In this document: positions 1-10,236 of the stretch, one piece after another
Layout: each line of letters opens with the position of its first letter
Position numbering within the stretch: position 1 is the first letter of the stretch
IMG/VR virus record: IMGVR_UViG_3300033489_000007
Location: 1,342 to 65,341 of that record
DNA from: a virus
Reading direction: 5' to 3' (one strand)
DNA: 64,000 nt
Position numbers and translations under genes: made by a program
Notes under the pieces: generated by a model
Told to the model about the DNA's origin: nothing
The model's database searches: none
What the model saw: only the letters and a program-made list of their open reading frames with translations

Positions 1-392
1 TTGGAACTAGTAGTACTGCTAGAATTTTAATAAGTTCTTCTGGGGCTATCAGGTTCTTGACGTATGGCGCTGGTACGATCACCTCAGACGCTTCTGGTAA
101 TTTAACATCGGTGTCTGATGAGCGGTTAAAATCGGATATACGCCCCTATCGCGCCGGTATTGCGGAGCTTATGAAGCTAGATCCAATCATGTACGGGTAC
201 ACCCCGGACTCTAATCTAGATCAATCGAGGTCTGACTATGCCGGGTTTTCGGCCCAGAATGTCAGAGAGGTATTACCCGAGGCTGTCGATATCAACCCTA
301 GTGGTTATCTATCTTTAAGTGATCGACCTATTATCGCGGCTTTAGTTAATGCCATAAAAGATTTGCAACAACAGATGAGAATTTTACAATGA
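1..392 (+). CDS. 3' end of tail fibre/tailspike gene (partial; C-terminal intramolecular-chaperone, peptidase S74-like domain)
   Basis: The frame is open from position 3 to the stop at 392. The motif SDERLKSDIRPY followed by L..V.Y is typical of the self-cleaving C-terminal chaperone domain of phage tail fibres and endosialidases. Confidence 0.6.
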   Translation, partial: GTSSTARILISSSGAIRFLTYGAGTITSDASGNLTSVSDERLKSDIRPYRAGIAELMKLDPIMYGYTPDSNLDQSRSDYAGFSAQNVREVLPEAVDINPSGYLSLSDRPIIAALVNAIKDLQQQMRILQ

Positions 393-697
393 AGTACGAT
401 TTGACTCAAACATTGAAAGCATTCGACGGTCGGGACATCACCGATGTTACTTCTGGGGCTGAAGTAGCAGCCACCGTCCGCTTGACCCTGGAGCGAGCTT
501 GTATCAATTGCGATCCTCGTGCTCACGCCTCGGGCGACGAGAAGTACAAGATCTATAAGCTTCTGCAGAAAATTCACGCCGCAGAAGTTGAGGTGGAGCT
601 GACGGTCGAAGAGGTTTCGTTGTTGAAGACCATCGTCGGTGAGGTATACCCAGTGGCGGTGGTTGGCCCAATTTATGAGGTTCTGGAACAAAAATGA
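389..697 (+). CDS. hypothetical protein (102 aa)
   Basis: ORF tightly coupled to its neighbours with a 4-nt overlap. No recognisable motifs. Confidence 0.4.
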   Translation: MKYDLTQTLKAFDGRDITDVTSGAEVAATVRLTLERACINCDPRAHASGDEKYKIYKLLQKIHAAEVEVELTVEEVSLLKTIVGEVYPVAVVGPIYEVLEQK

Positions 698-1137
698 CTC
701 TCCGCGAGAAACAATCTCTGTTTATGAAACTGTATGGCCAGTTGATTGCTTGGGCGTATGCTAACGGCTACGAGCTAACTGCGGGCGAGTTAAAGAGGTC
801 CGATGAACAGGCACATATCAACGCCCTGGGTAGTCAGGGGCGTGAAAAAGTGGCCCAGGCTATCACGCCTATCTCAAGTGAGCTGGCCTTGGCGCTCCGC
901 AATAATGGTAATAATAACGGGATCGTTGGTAGCCTACATGAGTTGGGGTTGGCGGCTGACATAAATCTATTCAAAGACGGGATGTATTTAACTACGTCAG
1001 ATCATCACAAACCGCTTGGGGAACATTGGAAGTCACTACATCCTTTATGCAGTTGGGGTGGTGATTTTAAGGATAAGAAGGGAAACTCCAAACCGGACGG
1101 AAATCATTACAGCATTGAACATGGTGGTATAAAATGA
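694..1137 (+). CDS. endolysin, peptidase M15 (L-alanyl-D-glutamate peptidase-like)
   Basis: 147 aa. SLHELGLAADI and DGNHYSIEHGG resemble the zinc-ligand H..G.A.D / DGxH.E motifs of T5-type LAS/M15 endolysins, as recalled from memory. Confidence 0.6.
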   Translation: MTLREKQSLFMKLYGQLIAWAYANGYELTAGELKRSDEQAHINALGSQGREKVAQAITPISSELALALRNNGNNNGIVGSLHELGLAADINLFKDGMYLTTSDHHKPLGEHWKSLHPLCSWGGDFKDKKGNSKPDGNHYSIEHGGIK

Positions 1138-1454
1138 GCGACCCCGTACAGCCAATAGTTCCTCACGCCCCCTGGTATACGTCCACAGCTCAAGTAGCCG
1201 GGGTGATTGCGGGGTTGTCTCAAGTTGCCTCTATTCTTATTCGTTGGTTCCATTTGGGGATCACCGATGAGCAGTTGCAGGTGTATAGTGCCGATGCCCT
1301 GCAACTAATCACGATCGGAGCGGGGGTTTGGGCTATGGTCAGTAGGCAGCAGTCGCCGATAGCCCCGTTAACGCTTACACGAAAGGGGGCCGACTCCCTC
1401 AATCAGTTGAACCCCCCTATACTAGAAGCAGACCCTACTAAGGGTAAGAAGTAG
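1134..1454 (+). CDS. holin-like small membrane protein
   Basis: 106 aa with two hydrophobic helices (AGVIAGLSQVASILIRWF and LQLITIGAGVWAMV). Immediately downstream of the endolysin with a start/stop overlap. Confidence 0.45.
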   Translation: MSDPVQPIVPHAPWYTSTAQVAGVIAGLSQVASILIRWFHLGITDEQLQVYSADALQLITIGAGVWAMVSRQQSPIAPLTLTRKGADSLNQLNPPILEADPTKGKK

Positions 1455-1503
1455 CGCCTGCAGCGGTATTTAATGGTTCCCACGCTAAAACTAAGGTTAA
1501 TAT

Positions 1504-1842
1504 ATGAAAGCACTAAAACTAAGTTTACTTACGGTTCTGATATCACTGATGGTAGCCTGCTCTACATTAGGGGTTCCGTCACCCACTACCTTTAACTCCA
1601 AGGTTGAGGTCGGGTACGTTACGGCTGAGACTTTAGCTAATACTACCACCGTGTTATATAACGGCGGCAAGTTGTCAAAGGCTGACGCCCAGAATATCCT
1701 TGATCAAGTTGTTAATGTCAAGGCTGGCCTAGATATAGCTCGATCTGTTCACGACACGTCCCCCGAGCTGGGCGATTCAAAGTTAGCGGCTGCTCTGGTT
1801 GCCCTACGAGCGTTACAGACATATATCGGAGGCGTTAAATGA
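1504..1842 (+). CDS. lipoprotein (possible spanin component)
   Basis: Signal peptide MKALKLSLLTVLISLMVAC with a lipobox-like MVAC. Sits in the lysis cassette. Confidence 0.45.
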   Translation: MKALKLSLLTVLISLMVACSTLGVPSPTTFNSKVEVGYVTAETLANTTTVLYNGGKLSKADAQNILDQVVNVKAGLDIARSVHDTSPELGDSKLAAALVALRALQTYIGGVK

Positions 1843-2027
1843 ATAGTAGCAATGTTGCCTTAGCCCTACAGATACTGATTGACCTGACTACCCAGGGCCT
1901 TAAACTCCAACAGATACTCCAGCAAGCGCAGGCCGAGGGCCGCGATATTACCGCAGCCGAATTGGATTTAGCGTCTCAATCAACTAATGACGCCATAGCT
2001 CGGCTTAAAGCCGCTATTAACTCATAG
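1839..2027 (+). CDS. hypothetical small protein (62 aa)
   Basis: Coupled ORF with a helical/coiled-coil sequence. Confidence 0.3.
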   Translation: MNSSNVALALQILIDLTTQGLKLQQILQQAQAEGRDITAAELDLASQSTNDAIARLKAAINS

Positions 2028-2037
2028 GAGGGGTACC

Positions 2038-2328
2038 ATGTATTTGCCAGCGTGGGTTCAAGTGTTGGCCCTTTTTGGTTTGCCCGCGCTTGGGGTTTAT
2101 ACGGGTATGCGAGTAGCGCTTGCCGAAATTAAGGGGGACATGAGAAAGTTGGAGGCTACTACGGCTTTAAAATTCGATGGAGTGATAGATAGGCAGGAGG
2201 AGCATTTAGCCGAAATTAGGATTTTAAGGAAGCGATCGCACCAACATTCCAATATTTTGGGGCGGTTGGCTCTTAAGGTTAATTTGACAGGCGGATTCCA
2301 TGTGACTGAGGAAGATACAGATGCCTAG
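2038..2328 (+). CDS. membrane-anchored coiled-coil protein (i-spanin-like?)
   Basis: N-terminal transmembrane segment (VQVLALFGLPALGVYTGM) followed by a charged helical region. RBS GGAGGGG upstream. Confidence 0.35.
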   Translation: MYLPAWVQVLALFGLPALGVYTGMRVALAEIKGDMRKLEATTALKFDGVIDRQEEHLAEIRILRKRSHQHSNILGRLALKVNLTGGFHVTEEDTDA

Positions 2329-2968
2329 CGCGATGACGTTTACTAGTTTGCAGCAGGACCTACGCGGTTATTTGGAGCGCGGCGAGGTGTCGGATACTAT
2401 AGTATACAATCAATTGCCCTCCTTAATTAACTTAGCCGAACGGGCCATCGTAACCGAGTTAAAACTACTTGGATTGTTAAATGTTGTAACCACCGATTTA
2501 GTTGCGGGTACTTCGGTATATCAGAAGCCAGACCGATGGCGCGTCACTGTTAGCATGAATTTCGGGACGGGGACTGATAGTAATGCTAGAGTGGCGTTGT
2601 TCCCGCGTAACTATGAGTATTGCCGGATGTATTGGCCGAATTCGAATGAGCGGGGTATCCCAGAGTTTTATGCTGACTATGGTTATTCACATTGGTTGGT
2701 TGTACCCACACCAATCGCCGTATATCCGCTTGAAGTTAATTATTATGAGCAGCCCGCTTTGTTAGACGAGACCAACGAGACCAACTGGCTGACAGACTAC
2801 CAACCAAATTTGTTACTATATCGAGCCTTGTTGGAGGCTACACCCTTTTTGAAGGATGATAAGCGCATCAGCACGTGGGAAGGGATGTACACAACAATCA
2901 AAGATGCGGTGAATGTTCAAGATTTACAGAAAATCATTGACCGTACTACGACTAGACAGGCGGCGTAA
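2321..2968 (+). CDS. virion structural protein (215 aa)
   Basis: Located between the lysis genes and the tail-fibre gene. Overlaps both neighbours. Confidence 0.4.
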   Translation: MPSAMTFTSLQQDLRGYLERGEVSDTIVYNQLPSLINLAERAIVTELKLLGLLNVVTTDLVAGTSVYQKPDRWRVTVSMNFGTGTDSNARVALFPRNYEYCRMYWPNSNERGIPEFYADYGYSHWLVVPTPIAVYPLEVNYYEQPALLDETNETNWLTDYQPNLLLYRALLEATPFLKDDKRISTWEGMYTTIKDAVNVQDLQKIIDRTTTRQAA

Positions 2969-2970
2969 TC

Positions 2971-4797
2971 ATGCCAGGATTTACTCAAGTATTTGGTGGG
3001 TCGACGATTTACCCGTCTGACACCACCTATTTAGCGCTGGCCCTCACGGTTGATGTTACGCTCGCATGGCCGATAGAACAACAGGTCAGCGGCAGCAACA
3101 TCGTAGCGGACATAATCGACTTGAGCACGTCCACACCTGGGTTGTCGATTACGATGCCAGATGCTACGCGAGCCACCACCGGTTTTACTTCCTTATTTAA
3201 CAATGTGGGCGCTCAAACTGTAACTATTAAGGACTCAGCTGGCGGCACTATCGTGTCTTTGGTGTCGGGCACGGCGTGGCAAGTTTACTTGACAGACAAT
3301 TCGACGGCGGCGGGCACGTGGCGTACATTCCAGTATGGCGCGTCGGTGTCAGTGACCAATGCGGCGGCGCTCGCTGGGGCGGGCCTAAAGGCTATCACCA
3401 CTACCCTCAATGAGCAGATCACTATTTCGGCAAAGACTATCAACTATGTGATAGTCGAGGCGGACCGGGCTAAAGCTATACAATGGACGAGCGGCTCTGG
3501 CGCGTTTACGCTGCCCGACCCCACCACTGTGGGTTCTGACTGGTTTGTTATTGTTAAGAATAGCGGTTCCGGTGATTTGACGGTGACACCGACCGCAGGA
3601 CTTATTGACGGCGCGGCCTCTAAGACTTTTTCACAGGCCGATTCAGCTTGGGTTATAACAGATGGCGCTAATTATTATTCATTAGGGTTTGGGGGTTCCG
3701 GTGGCGCAGGTACTTCATTCGCGTACACTACAGTTAATGTAGCTGGGTCTGGCGATTACACCCTATCTGGGGCGGAGCTGAACAAAATCAGCTATAAACT
3801 AACTGGGGTGTTAACAGGAAACAGGAATGTAATAGTCCCCACTGCAGTTCAAGAGTATTGGGTCAATAACGCCACTACTGGCGCTTTCACACTTACAGTT
3901 AAGACGGCGGCGGGAACTGGTATCACCATCACGCAAGGGTCCTCCGCTATTTTGTACTGCGACGGAACTGATGTTGTTATTGCCCAGTCAACCGGAACAT
4001 CTTTTCCTATATCTGTTGCGAATGGCGGCACGGGGGCCAATAATGCGACCACTGCTCGCACTAATTTAGGAGCTACCGCCACCGGCGATGCCTTGTTTAC
4101 GGCTGCTAGTGCCGCAGCTGGTCGGTCGACGTTGGGGGCTGCGGCTTCAGCCACCACAATTACTGGGACTAACGGGGTTTCTGGTGGAGGAGACCTGTCG
4201 GCTAATCGGACGTTGTCGTTGGATATCAACGGTTTGACCACGGACGCGTCCCCCGATCCAGCGGCTGACTTCATCCCGACTTATGACACCTCAGCTGCGA
4301 CTAACAAAAAGATTGCCGTATCTACTTTCGTAACGCAACTTAGAAAGACCAAGGCAGTTGATACAGACCGGGCCAGTACGACCGTTCTGTCAGACGATCC
4401 CGAGTTGAGCGGCTTGGCGCTGTTGGCTAATACAAAATATCTGATCGAGTATGTACTCAATATTGGTAATACAACTGCCACCCCCGGTATTAAATTGTTG
4501 CCTGCATATTCAGGCACCATTCAGAACGGCAATGATCGGAGCGGAGGGAGAACCGGGTCTTTCCTAGCTGTTAACAACGGCAATGTTGGCCTCCTTGCTA
4601 CGACTGTCGAGATTGGGACCGTCAACTCAGTCAACGCTAACGGTGGCACGCAGCCCCAAGGCACTGTGGTGATTAAGGGAGTTATCCAGACTAATTCCGC
4701 TGGTAATTTATCATTGCAGTGGGCGCAGCAAACATCAAGCGCCAGTAATGCTTCTGTTTTAATTGGGTCCACCATGTCAGCTCAAATCATCACTTAA
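2971..4797 (+). CDS. tail fibre protein (608 aa)
   Basis: Gly/Thr/Ser/Ala-rich beta-rich sequence with GT/AG-rich repeats, typical of fibre shafts. Confidence 0.55.
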   Translation: MPGFTQVFGGSTIYPSDTTYLALALTVDVTLAWPIEQQVSGSNIVADIIDLSTSTPGLSITMPDATRATTGFTSLFNNVGAQTVTIKDSAGGTIVSLVSGTAWQVYLTDNSTAAGTWRTFQYGASVSVTNAAALAGAGLKAITTTLNEQITISAKTINYVIVEADRAKAIQWTSGSGAFTLPDPTTVGSDWFVIVKNSGSGDLTVTPTAGLIDGAASKTFSQADSAWVITDGANYYSLGFGGSGGAGTSFAYTTVNVAGSGDYTLSGAELNKISYKLTGVLTGNRNVIVPTAVQEYWVNNATTGAFTLTVKTAAGTGITITQGSSAILYCDGTDVVIAQSTGTSFPISVANGGTGANNATTARTNLGATATGDALFTAASAAAGRSTLGAAASATTITGTNGVSGGGDLSANRTLSLDINGLTTDASPDPAADFIPTYDTSAATNKKIAVSTFVTQLRKTKAVDTDRASTTVLSDDPELSGLALLANTKYLIEYVLNIGNTTATPGIKLLPAYSGTIQNGNDRSGGRTGSFLAVNNGNVGLLATTVEIGTVNSVNANGGTQPQGTVVIKGVIQTNSAGNLSLQWAQQTSSASNASVLIGSTMSAQIIT

Positions 4798-4811
4798 ACT
4801 GGGAGATTTCA

Positions 4812-5054
4812 ATGACTCAACTGTCTACGGGATTTGTAACGCTGGGTGTAGGCCCGACTTTAATTGTGCCAGCTCGGGTTGGTAGGAAAGAATTAAGACT
4901 CATTCCCTCCACTTCTCCCGCCCCAACGATAGGAGATAGCACTTTGAATTCTACTAATGGGTTTCCCGTGGGAGCTAGCGGATTGGTCCTACTGGATATG
5001 GAGGGTGAGGTGTATGGGAAGAGTGGATACATGAGTTATTTAGAAATTTACTAA
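4812..5054 (+). CDS. hypothetical protein (80 aa)
   Basis: ORF with RBS GGGAG upstream. Confidence 0.3.
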   Translation: MTQLSTGFVTLGVGPTLIVPARVGRKELRLIPSTSPAPTIGDSTLNSTNGFPVGASGLVLLDMEGEVYGKSGYMSYLEIY

Positions 5055-5055
5055 T

Positions 5056-6579
5056 ATGGAAAACTCTCCAGTAATCATTCGGTCTCTTCCTGGCATCAAA
5101 CGAGACGGGACCGAGTTTGAAGGTGATAACTACATCGACGGCCAGTGGTGTAGATTTAATCGTGGTCTGCCTAGGAAGATCGGGGGCTACCAAGGCTTAA
5201 CGTCTACCCAGCCTGAAATCGTGCGTGGAATGACCTCATTTTCTTCAGGCGGAGTACAGTATCTTCATACGGGCGGGGCCAGTACTTTAACTCAGCTACG
5301 AGCCGATTCACAGGGAGTATTCATAGGTCAGTCCAATCGTACTCCGGCTGGTTTTCCATCATCCACCGATATTCTATGGCAATTCGAGACGATGTATGAT
5401 TCAGTGGGAGTGGTTAACACTCTCTTAGCCCACCCCGGTCTTAACTTAAATGATATCAGTAATTCAGCAACATCAGACATATATTATGCCCAGGTTGATG
5501 CTGCTGGAGTGTTGGTGGCCGGGGCTGTTACTGATCCCGAGAGTGGCGGGATAGTGGCCCTGCCGCCTTATTTGATTAAGTTCGGCAATTCGGGTAGGGT
5601 AGGCTGGAGCGCCCCAAACAAACCTTTAGATTTTTCTACTCCGTTATTGTCAGGGGTGGCTTTTGTTACCGGACAGAAAATCGTTCGTGGTCTTCCTCTG
5701 CGCGGCACCGGCACTGGGCCCGCCGGGTTATTGTGGTCTCTCGACTCTCTAATTCGAATGACCTTTAATTCCACTAGCACTTGGGCTTTCGATACAATCT
5801 CTAGCGAAACATCCATCCTGTCTTCACAGGGTGTCATTGAGTACGATGGGGTGTATTATTGGGCGGGGGTTGATCGGTTCTTGATGTTTACAGGCGTCGT
5901 GCGCGAGGTGCCGAACACGATGAACCAGAATTACTTCTTTGACAACCTAAACTACACGCACCGTCAGAAGGTATTTGCATTTAAGGTGCCGCGATGGGGC
6001 GAGATTTGGTGGTGCTACCCTCGGGGCACGGCTACCGAGTGCACCCATGCCGTCATATTCAATGTGCGCGAAGGCACATGGTATGATACGCAATTGCCGG
6101 GGGCCGGTCGTTCAGCTGGTGTGTTTGCTAAGGTATACAACAAACCTTTCATGGCGGACTTAGATTTAACTACTTCAGGGTATTCTGTGTGGCAGCACGA
6201 GACTGGTGTGGACTCAATTAATGGCAGTGTTATTCATCCTATTGAGTCTTATTTTGAAACGTCTGAACTCTCAATGTTGGTTGGTGATCAGGCTCAAGAC
6301 GCTTCTTTACGCATTTCTAGGCTGGAGCAAGATTTTGAGCAAGTTGGCGACATGACACTAACGGTGACGGGCCGCGCAAATGCCCGCGCTCCTGATCAAT
6401 CTTCTAGCATTCACACCTTCCCTGATGCTGCTACAACTGCTGACGAGCAGACTATAAAGCTTAAAGAAGTGCGCCGACTCATGCGTTTTAAATTTGCCTC
6501 TAACACCGTCGGGGGTGACTATCAGATGGGTCAAAATATCGGCCATATTGAACCAGCAGATTCGAGGATTACATCGTGA
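5056..6579 (+). CDS. virion structural protein (507 aa)
   Basis: Long ORF in the structural block. No recognisable catalytic motif. Confidence 0.45.
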   Translation: MENSPVIIRSLPGIKRDGTEFEGDNYIDGQWCRFNRGLPRKIGGYQGLTSTQPEIVRGMTSFSSGGVQYLHTGGASTLTQLRADSQGVFIGQSNRTPAGFPSSTDILWQFETMYDSVGVVNTLLAHPGLNLNDISNSATSDIYYAQVDAAGVLVAGAVTDPESGGIVALPPYLIKFGNSGRVGWSAPNKPLDFSTPLLSGVAFVTGQKIVRGLPLRGTGTGPAGLLWSLDSLIRMTFNSTSTWAFDTISSETSILSSQGVIEYDGVYYWAGVDRFLMFTGVVREVPNTMNQNYFFDNLNYTHRQKVFAFKVPRWGEIWWCYPRGTATECTHAVIFNVREGTWYDTQLPGAGRSAGVFAKVYNKPFMADLDLTTSGYSVWQHETGVDSINGSVIHPIESYFETSELSMLVGDQAQDASLRISRLEQDFEQVGDMTLTVTGRANARAPDQSSSIHTFPDAATTADEQTIKLKEVRRLMRFKFASNTVGGDYQMGQNIGHIEPADSRITS

Positions 6580-6797
6580 TAATCCCGTACGGCATGCCGG
6601 AGCCTGATTGGTTTGACACCACCACCCTCGATCTGGTTCAATATGGGCCATTGGCTCGGTATGAGGGTTCATGGCGGGAGTGTGCTGTGCAGTGGCTACA
6701 GAACCCGCAAATCGCCGCTTTTGACGTGCCTCGTCCAGACGGGTTTGACGATTGGCGTCAATGGGCCTCTAGATTTAATCAAGCTATTTTCGGGTGA
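6576..6797 (+). CDS. hypothetical protein (73 aa)
   Basis: Coupled ORF with ATGA-type overlap. Confidence 0.35.
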   Translation: MIIPYGMPEPDWFDTTTLDLVQYGPLARYEGSWRECAVQWLQNPQIAAFDVPRPDGFDDWRQWASRFNQAIFG

Positions 6798-7738
6798 CAA
6801 ATATGGCTGACGACACATCCTGGACTAAAATACCCGACTGGGGCCAGAAGCTGGGCGAGATGTTCGGTCTGGAGGGCGACCGGGCCAAAGCTGTGGGGAC
6901 TGCGCTCATGGGGTCGGGCTTAGGTGCCCTGCTCGACGGCGGCCACGGAGCGGTATCCGGGGGCGCTCTCGGAGCCATGCTGGGCGGCGGCGGTGAACAG
7001 CTCGGCAGCTTGGTAATCAAAGACCCTACAGCGGCAAAATTGGCCGGTAATGCCCTGTTGGGCGGCATTGCAGGCAATCAAATAAAGGGGGTGGGTGGGC
7101 AAGGCGGCGCTACCCTTGCTGGCTTGGGTACGGCTCTCACCACTATGGGGGGTGAGGGTGCTGAGGCCGACCCGGCCGACCCTGACTCAGCGGAGTCAAT
7201 GCGCGCGTTCATCCGTAAGTATTGGCCCGTGTTAGCCCTTGGTGGCGCTGGCATGTATAGTAGTTATGAGGATAAGCAGAAAGCTGCTAAGGCGTCGCTG
7301 CCGTCCGTCGACAATTACGCCCGGGGCCCCGTGCCTTCATTATCTGATATTGCCCCGCAGGGGGCTTATACTCCGTATGAAGGTGACTATTTTACGTACG
7401 GGCAAGCCCCCCAACACAATTTTTTTAAGGCAGGGGGTGGCTCGGTCGGGTCCGGTCTGGGGTCGGCTATGGATGAGTTAACTAGTTCTACTACCCCCTA
7501 TGTGCGTGGCCCGGGTTCGGGCCGGTCTGATAGTATTCCGGCCCGACTATCTGACGGCGAATACGTAATCGACGCTGAAACAGTTGCCCTGCTGGGTGAC
7601 GGCAGCTCGGATACTGGGGCTAAGAAGCTGGACTCATTGCGGGCTAGAATTCGCAAGCAGAAAGGCAAAAAGCTCGTTAAAGGTGAGATAAGTCCTGATG
7701 CTAAAGACGCCGAGCATTATCTAGGCGGTGAAGTATGA
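6794..7738 (+). CDS. Gly-rich virion protein (314 aa)
   Basis: Gly/Ala-rich N-terminal half (GSGLGALLDGGHGAVSGGALGAMLGGGG). Confidence 0.4.
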   Translation: MTNMADDTSWTKIPDWGQKLGEMFGLEGDRAKAVGTALMGSGLGALLDGGHGAVSGGALGAMLGGGGEQLGSLVIKDPTAAKLAGNALLGGIAGNQIKGVGGQGGATLAGLGTALTTMGGEGAEADPADPDSAESMRAFIRKYWPVLALGGAGMYSSYEDKQKAAKASLPSVDNYARGPVPSLSDIAPQGAYTPYEGDYFTYGQAPQHNFFKAGGGSVGSGLGSAMDELTSSTTPYVRGPGSGRSDSIPARLSDGEYVIDAETVALLGDGSSDTGAKKLDSLRARIRKQKGKKLVKGEISPDAKDAEHYLGGEV

Positions 7739-8325
7739 GTGAAGCCTCGGTCCGCAATAAAGCGTATCGGATGACGTTACAAATACCGGGCACCTCTCGG
7801 TTCAAGGGGTGGCTATGCTCTAAACACCCCGAATGTGAAGGGGTGCGGTATATAGCCAATTCGCGCTGTGTCGGATGTCATCGGGAGAAGATGATAGCAA
7901 AGAAGGCTAAACGACGCGAAAGTCCTGAATTTAGGGCAGAAGAAGCCCGCAAGTTCAAGGAGTATATAACGATCCCCGCTATTCGCAAACGATACGCCAA
8001 TAACAGGGCTATCCCGGAAAACAGGGAGCGTAAAAATGCTGTTAATAGGGCTAGGCTTGCTGACCCGGATGTTAAGTCTAAACACGCCAGCAGACAAAGA
8101 TTGCGTACAGCCCAATGCAGGCGGGCGATGCCTCCTTGGGCAGACCGTGAAAAAATATTAGCTGTTTATAAGGAAGCACGGCGGTTGGGTTTGACCGTTG
8201 ATCATCAAATCCCTTTAAACGGGGTTAATGTTTGTGGCTTACACGTTCATTATAATTTAGGACTTGCTACCCGATCCGATAATTCGGCGAAGGGCAACAG
8301 GGTGGGTGCGTTATCAGCGTTTTAG
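7735..8325 (+). CDS. HNH homing endonuclease
   Basis: The signature DHQIPL..G..VCGLHVHYNLGLATRSDNSAKGN is an HNH motif, with an N-terminal Cys-cluster. Paralogous to 18096..18653. Confidence 0.75.
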   Translation: MSEASVRNKAYRMTLQIPGTSRFKGWLCSKHPECEGVRYIANSRCVGCHREKMIAKKAKRRESPEFRAEEARKFKEYITIPAIRKRYANNRAIPENRERKNAVNRARLADPDVKSKHASRQRLRTAQCRRAMPPWADREKILAVYKEARRLGLTVDHQIPLNGVNVCGLHVHYNLGLATRSDNSAKGNRVGALSAF

Positions 8326-8387
8326 ACTTTCTCTTTGGGAACCAACCCCCACCATCCGTTACTACTTATGGTAGTTCGACGTCGTCA

Positions 8388-10217
8388 ATGCCTGCGTGGA
8401 TGTCCGACTATTCACAAGCATTGATGGGGCGCGCCAACCAAATAGCCGCTGAGCCCGCGCCGCTTTATTCCGGGCCGCGCATCGCTAGTGCCACGCCGGA
8501 CCAGAACAAGGCATATGATTTAACACGTGCCAATATCGGTTCGTATCAACCCGCTGTTACTCAGGGCACAGGCATGATTACGTCCGGTGCTAATGCTCTA
8601 GACCCGTCTAATATTAACAAGTATATGAACCCGTATACTCAAAACGTTATCGATCGGGCCGCGCTAGAGGCTAATCGCAACTACAGTGAGAAAATCCTGC
8701 CGCAATTGCAGAATATATTCACAGCGTCGGGCCAATATGGTTCGTCGCGGATGGCGGAGGAGGCGGACCGCGCAGGCCGTGACGTTACCGAGGGTTTGCA
8801 GTCGCAGTCCTTAGCTGCCCTGTCCGATGCGTACAAACAGGCCACCACTACGGCGGGTCAATCCGGTCAGTTGCAGATGACGGGCGGCCAGAGCATGATC
8901 AATGCTGGTAATGCTATGCAAGGAATGGGTCTAAAGGATGCCGCCTCGCTTGAAACGATCGGTAAGGAGCAGCAAGCACAGAATCAGGGTAATTTGGACC
9001 TAGCGTACTCCGACTGGCAACGTCAGCAACAGTACCCAAAAGAGATGACTGATTGGTTGTCAACGTTACTTGGCAATCAAGCGGCTAATGCTCCGCGTAC
9101 GACTAACACCACGCAGACTGGCCCGCAGGCTGGGGCCACGGGATCTTCATCCGGATTGTCGGATATTGCCTCCTTGCTCAGTAGCGCTAAGGGTATTTAC
9201 GATATATTCGGGTCGCGGGATGGGGGCCACGTTGAATATGCTGATGGCGGCGCTGTCGATCGAGGAGATAAGAAGTTCATAAATTCCTCTGGGCTACCTC
9301 AAATGATGGCCGCCTCTGCTACACCGCAGGCCCCGGCTATGGATGCCAATTGGTTTAACACTTATGGTGAGGGGCCGGAACACCAATGGGCCGCACCTAA
9401 AAATTATTCGTTTGATATGACCGGACTTACCTCCGGTCAGGGCGATCAAATCCCTGCCGAGCAGCAAAGCCAAAATCCTGGGTTGGTGGACTATATGAAG
9501 CTGGCTAAAAATGGCAAGGATGCCTATGATAAATATCAGGAAATGTTTGGTGACACAGGGAGCACGGCGGGATTTAGTTCAATAGCCTCCCCGACTTTAG
9601 GCGCGACAACCGGGCTAGGGGCTGCCACCGGGGTAGGTGCGGCCAACACAGCGGCTGAGTTGGGGGCTGGCTATAGTAATGCCGCAACCAACTTAGGCAG
9701 CCAATTCGGGACTTCTGCTAGTGAGGCTGGTCTTGAGGCTTCCTCTACGCAGCCAGGGCTAGGGTCATCGCTCGGTGAGATGTTGGGCGGTAATCTGGGT
9801 CAAGGTATTCTAGGGGTTCTTGGCCTATATCAAGGTTACAGAACGGCCCAAGACACTGGTGAGGATTTGGTGAATAGCGGCATAGGCCAAGTGTCTAGTG
9901 TCCTAAAGCCAATATCGAATAGCGAATTTTACAATTCACCATGGACGTGGGCCACAGATTACTTGAGCCCTACTAATTATGCCGCTGGTTCAACTTTGGA
10001 TGATGGGGCTCTAACTAGAACGTCAACTGAGCTGACTCCGCTGGGGGGCCGTTTTCAGTCCGAGAAATCGGCTTTAGACGCGCAACTGCAGGCTTTAGAC
10101 GCGCAAGGACCATCGACTCGTAATACAGTAAGGCAGATCAGAGATGATTTCAATAAGAAATGGGCAGCTTCCGGGCTTACACCCAGGGATTTCGGCTGGG
10201 CTATTACTCAACCCTAA
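8388..10217 (+). CDS. virion structural/internal protein (609 aa)
   Basis: Long Gln/Gly/Ala-rich ORF. Contains a YADGG motif. Confidence 0.45.
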   Translation: MPAWMSDYSQALMGRANQIAAEPAPLYSGPRIASATPDQNKAYDLTRANIGSYQPAVTQGTGMITSGANALDPSNINKYMNPYTQNVIDRAALEANRNYSEKILPQLQNIFTASGQYGSSRMAEEADRAGRDVTEGLQSQSLAALSDAYKQATTTAGQSGQLQMTGGQSMINAGNAMQGMGLKDAASLETIGKEQQAQNQGNLDLAYSDWQRQQQYPKEMTDWLSTLLGNQAANAPRTTNTTQTGPQAGATGSSSGLSDIASLLSSAKGIYDIFGSRDGGHVEYADGGAVDRGDKKFINSSGLPQMMAASATPQAPAMDANWFNTYGEGPEHQWAAPKNYSFDMTGLTSGQGDQIPAEQQSQNPGLVDYMKLAKNGKDAYDKYQEMFGDTGSTAGFSSIASPTLGATTGLGAATGVGAANTAAELGAGYSNAATNLGSQFGTSASEAGLEASSTQPGLGSSLGEMLGGNLGQGILGVLGLYQGYRTAQDTGEDLVNSGIGQVSSVLKPISNSEFYNSPWTWATDYLSPTNYAAGSTLDDGALTRTSTELTPLGGRFQSEKSALDAQLQALDAQGPSTRNTVRQIRDDFNKKWAASGLTPRDFGWAITQP

Positions 10218-10236
10218 CCAATGCGAGTAGAGAAAT

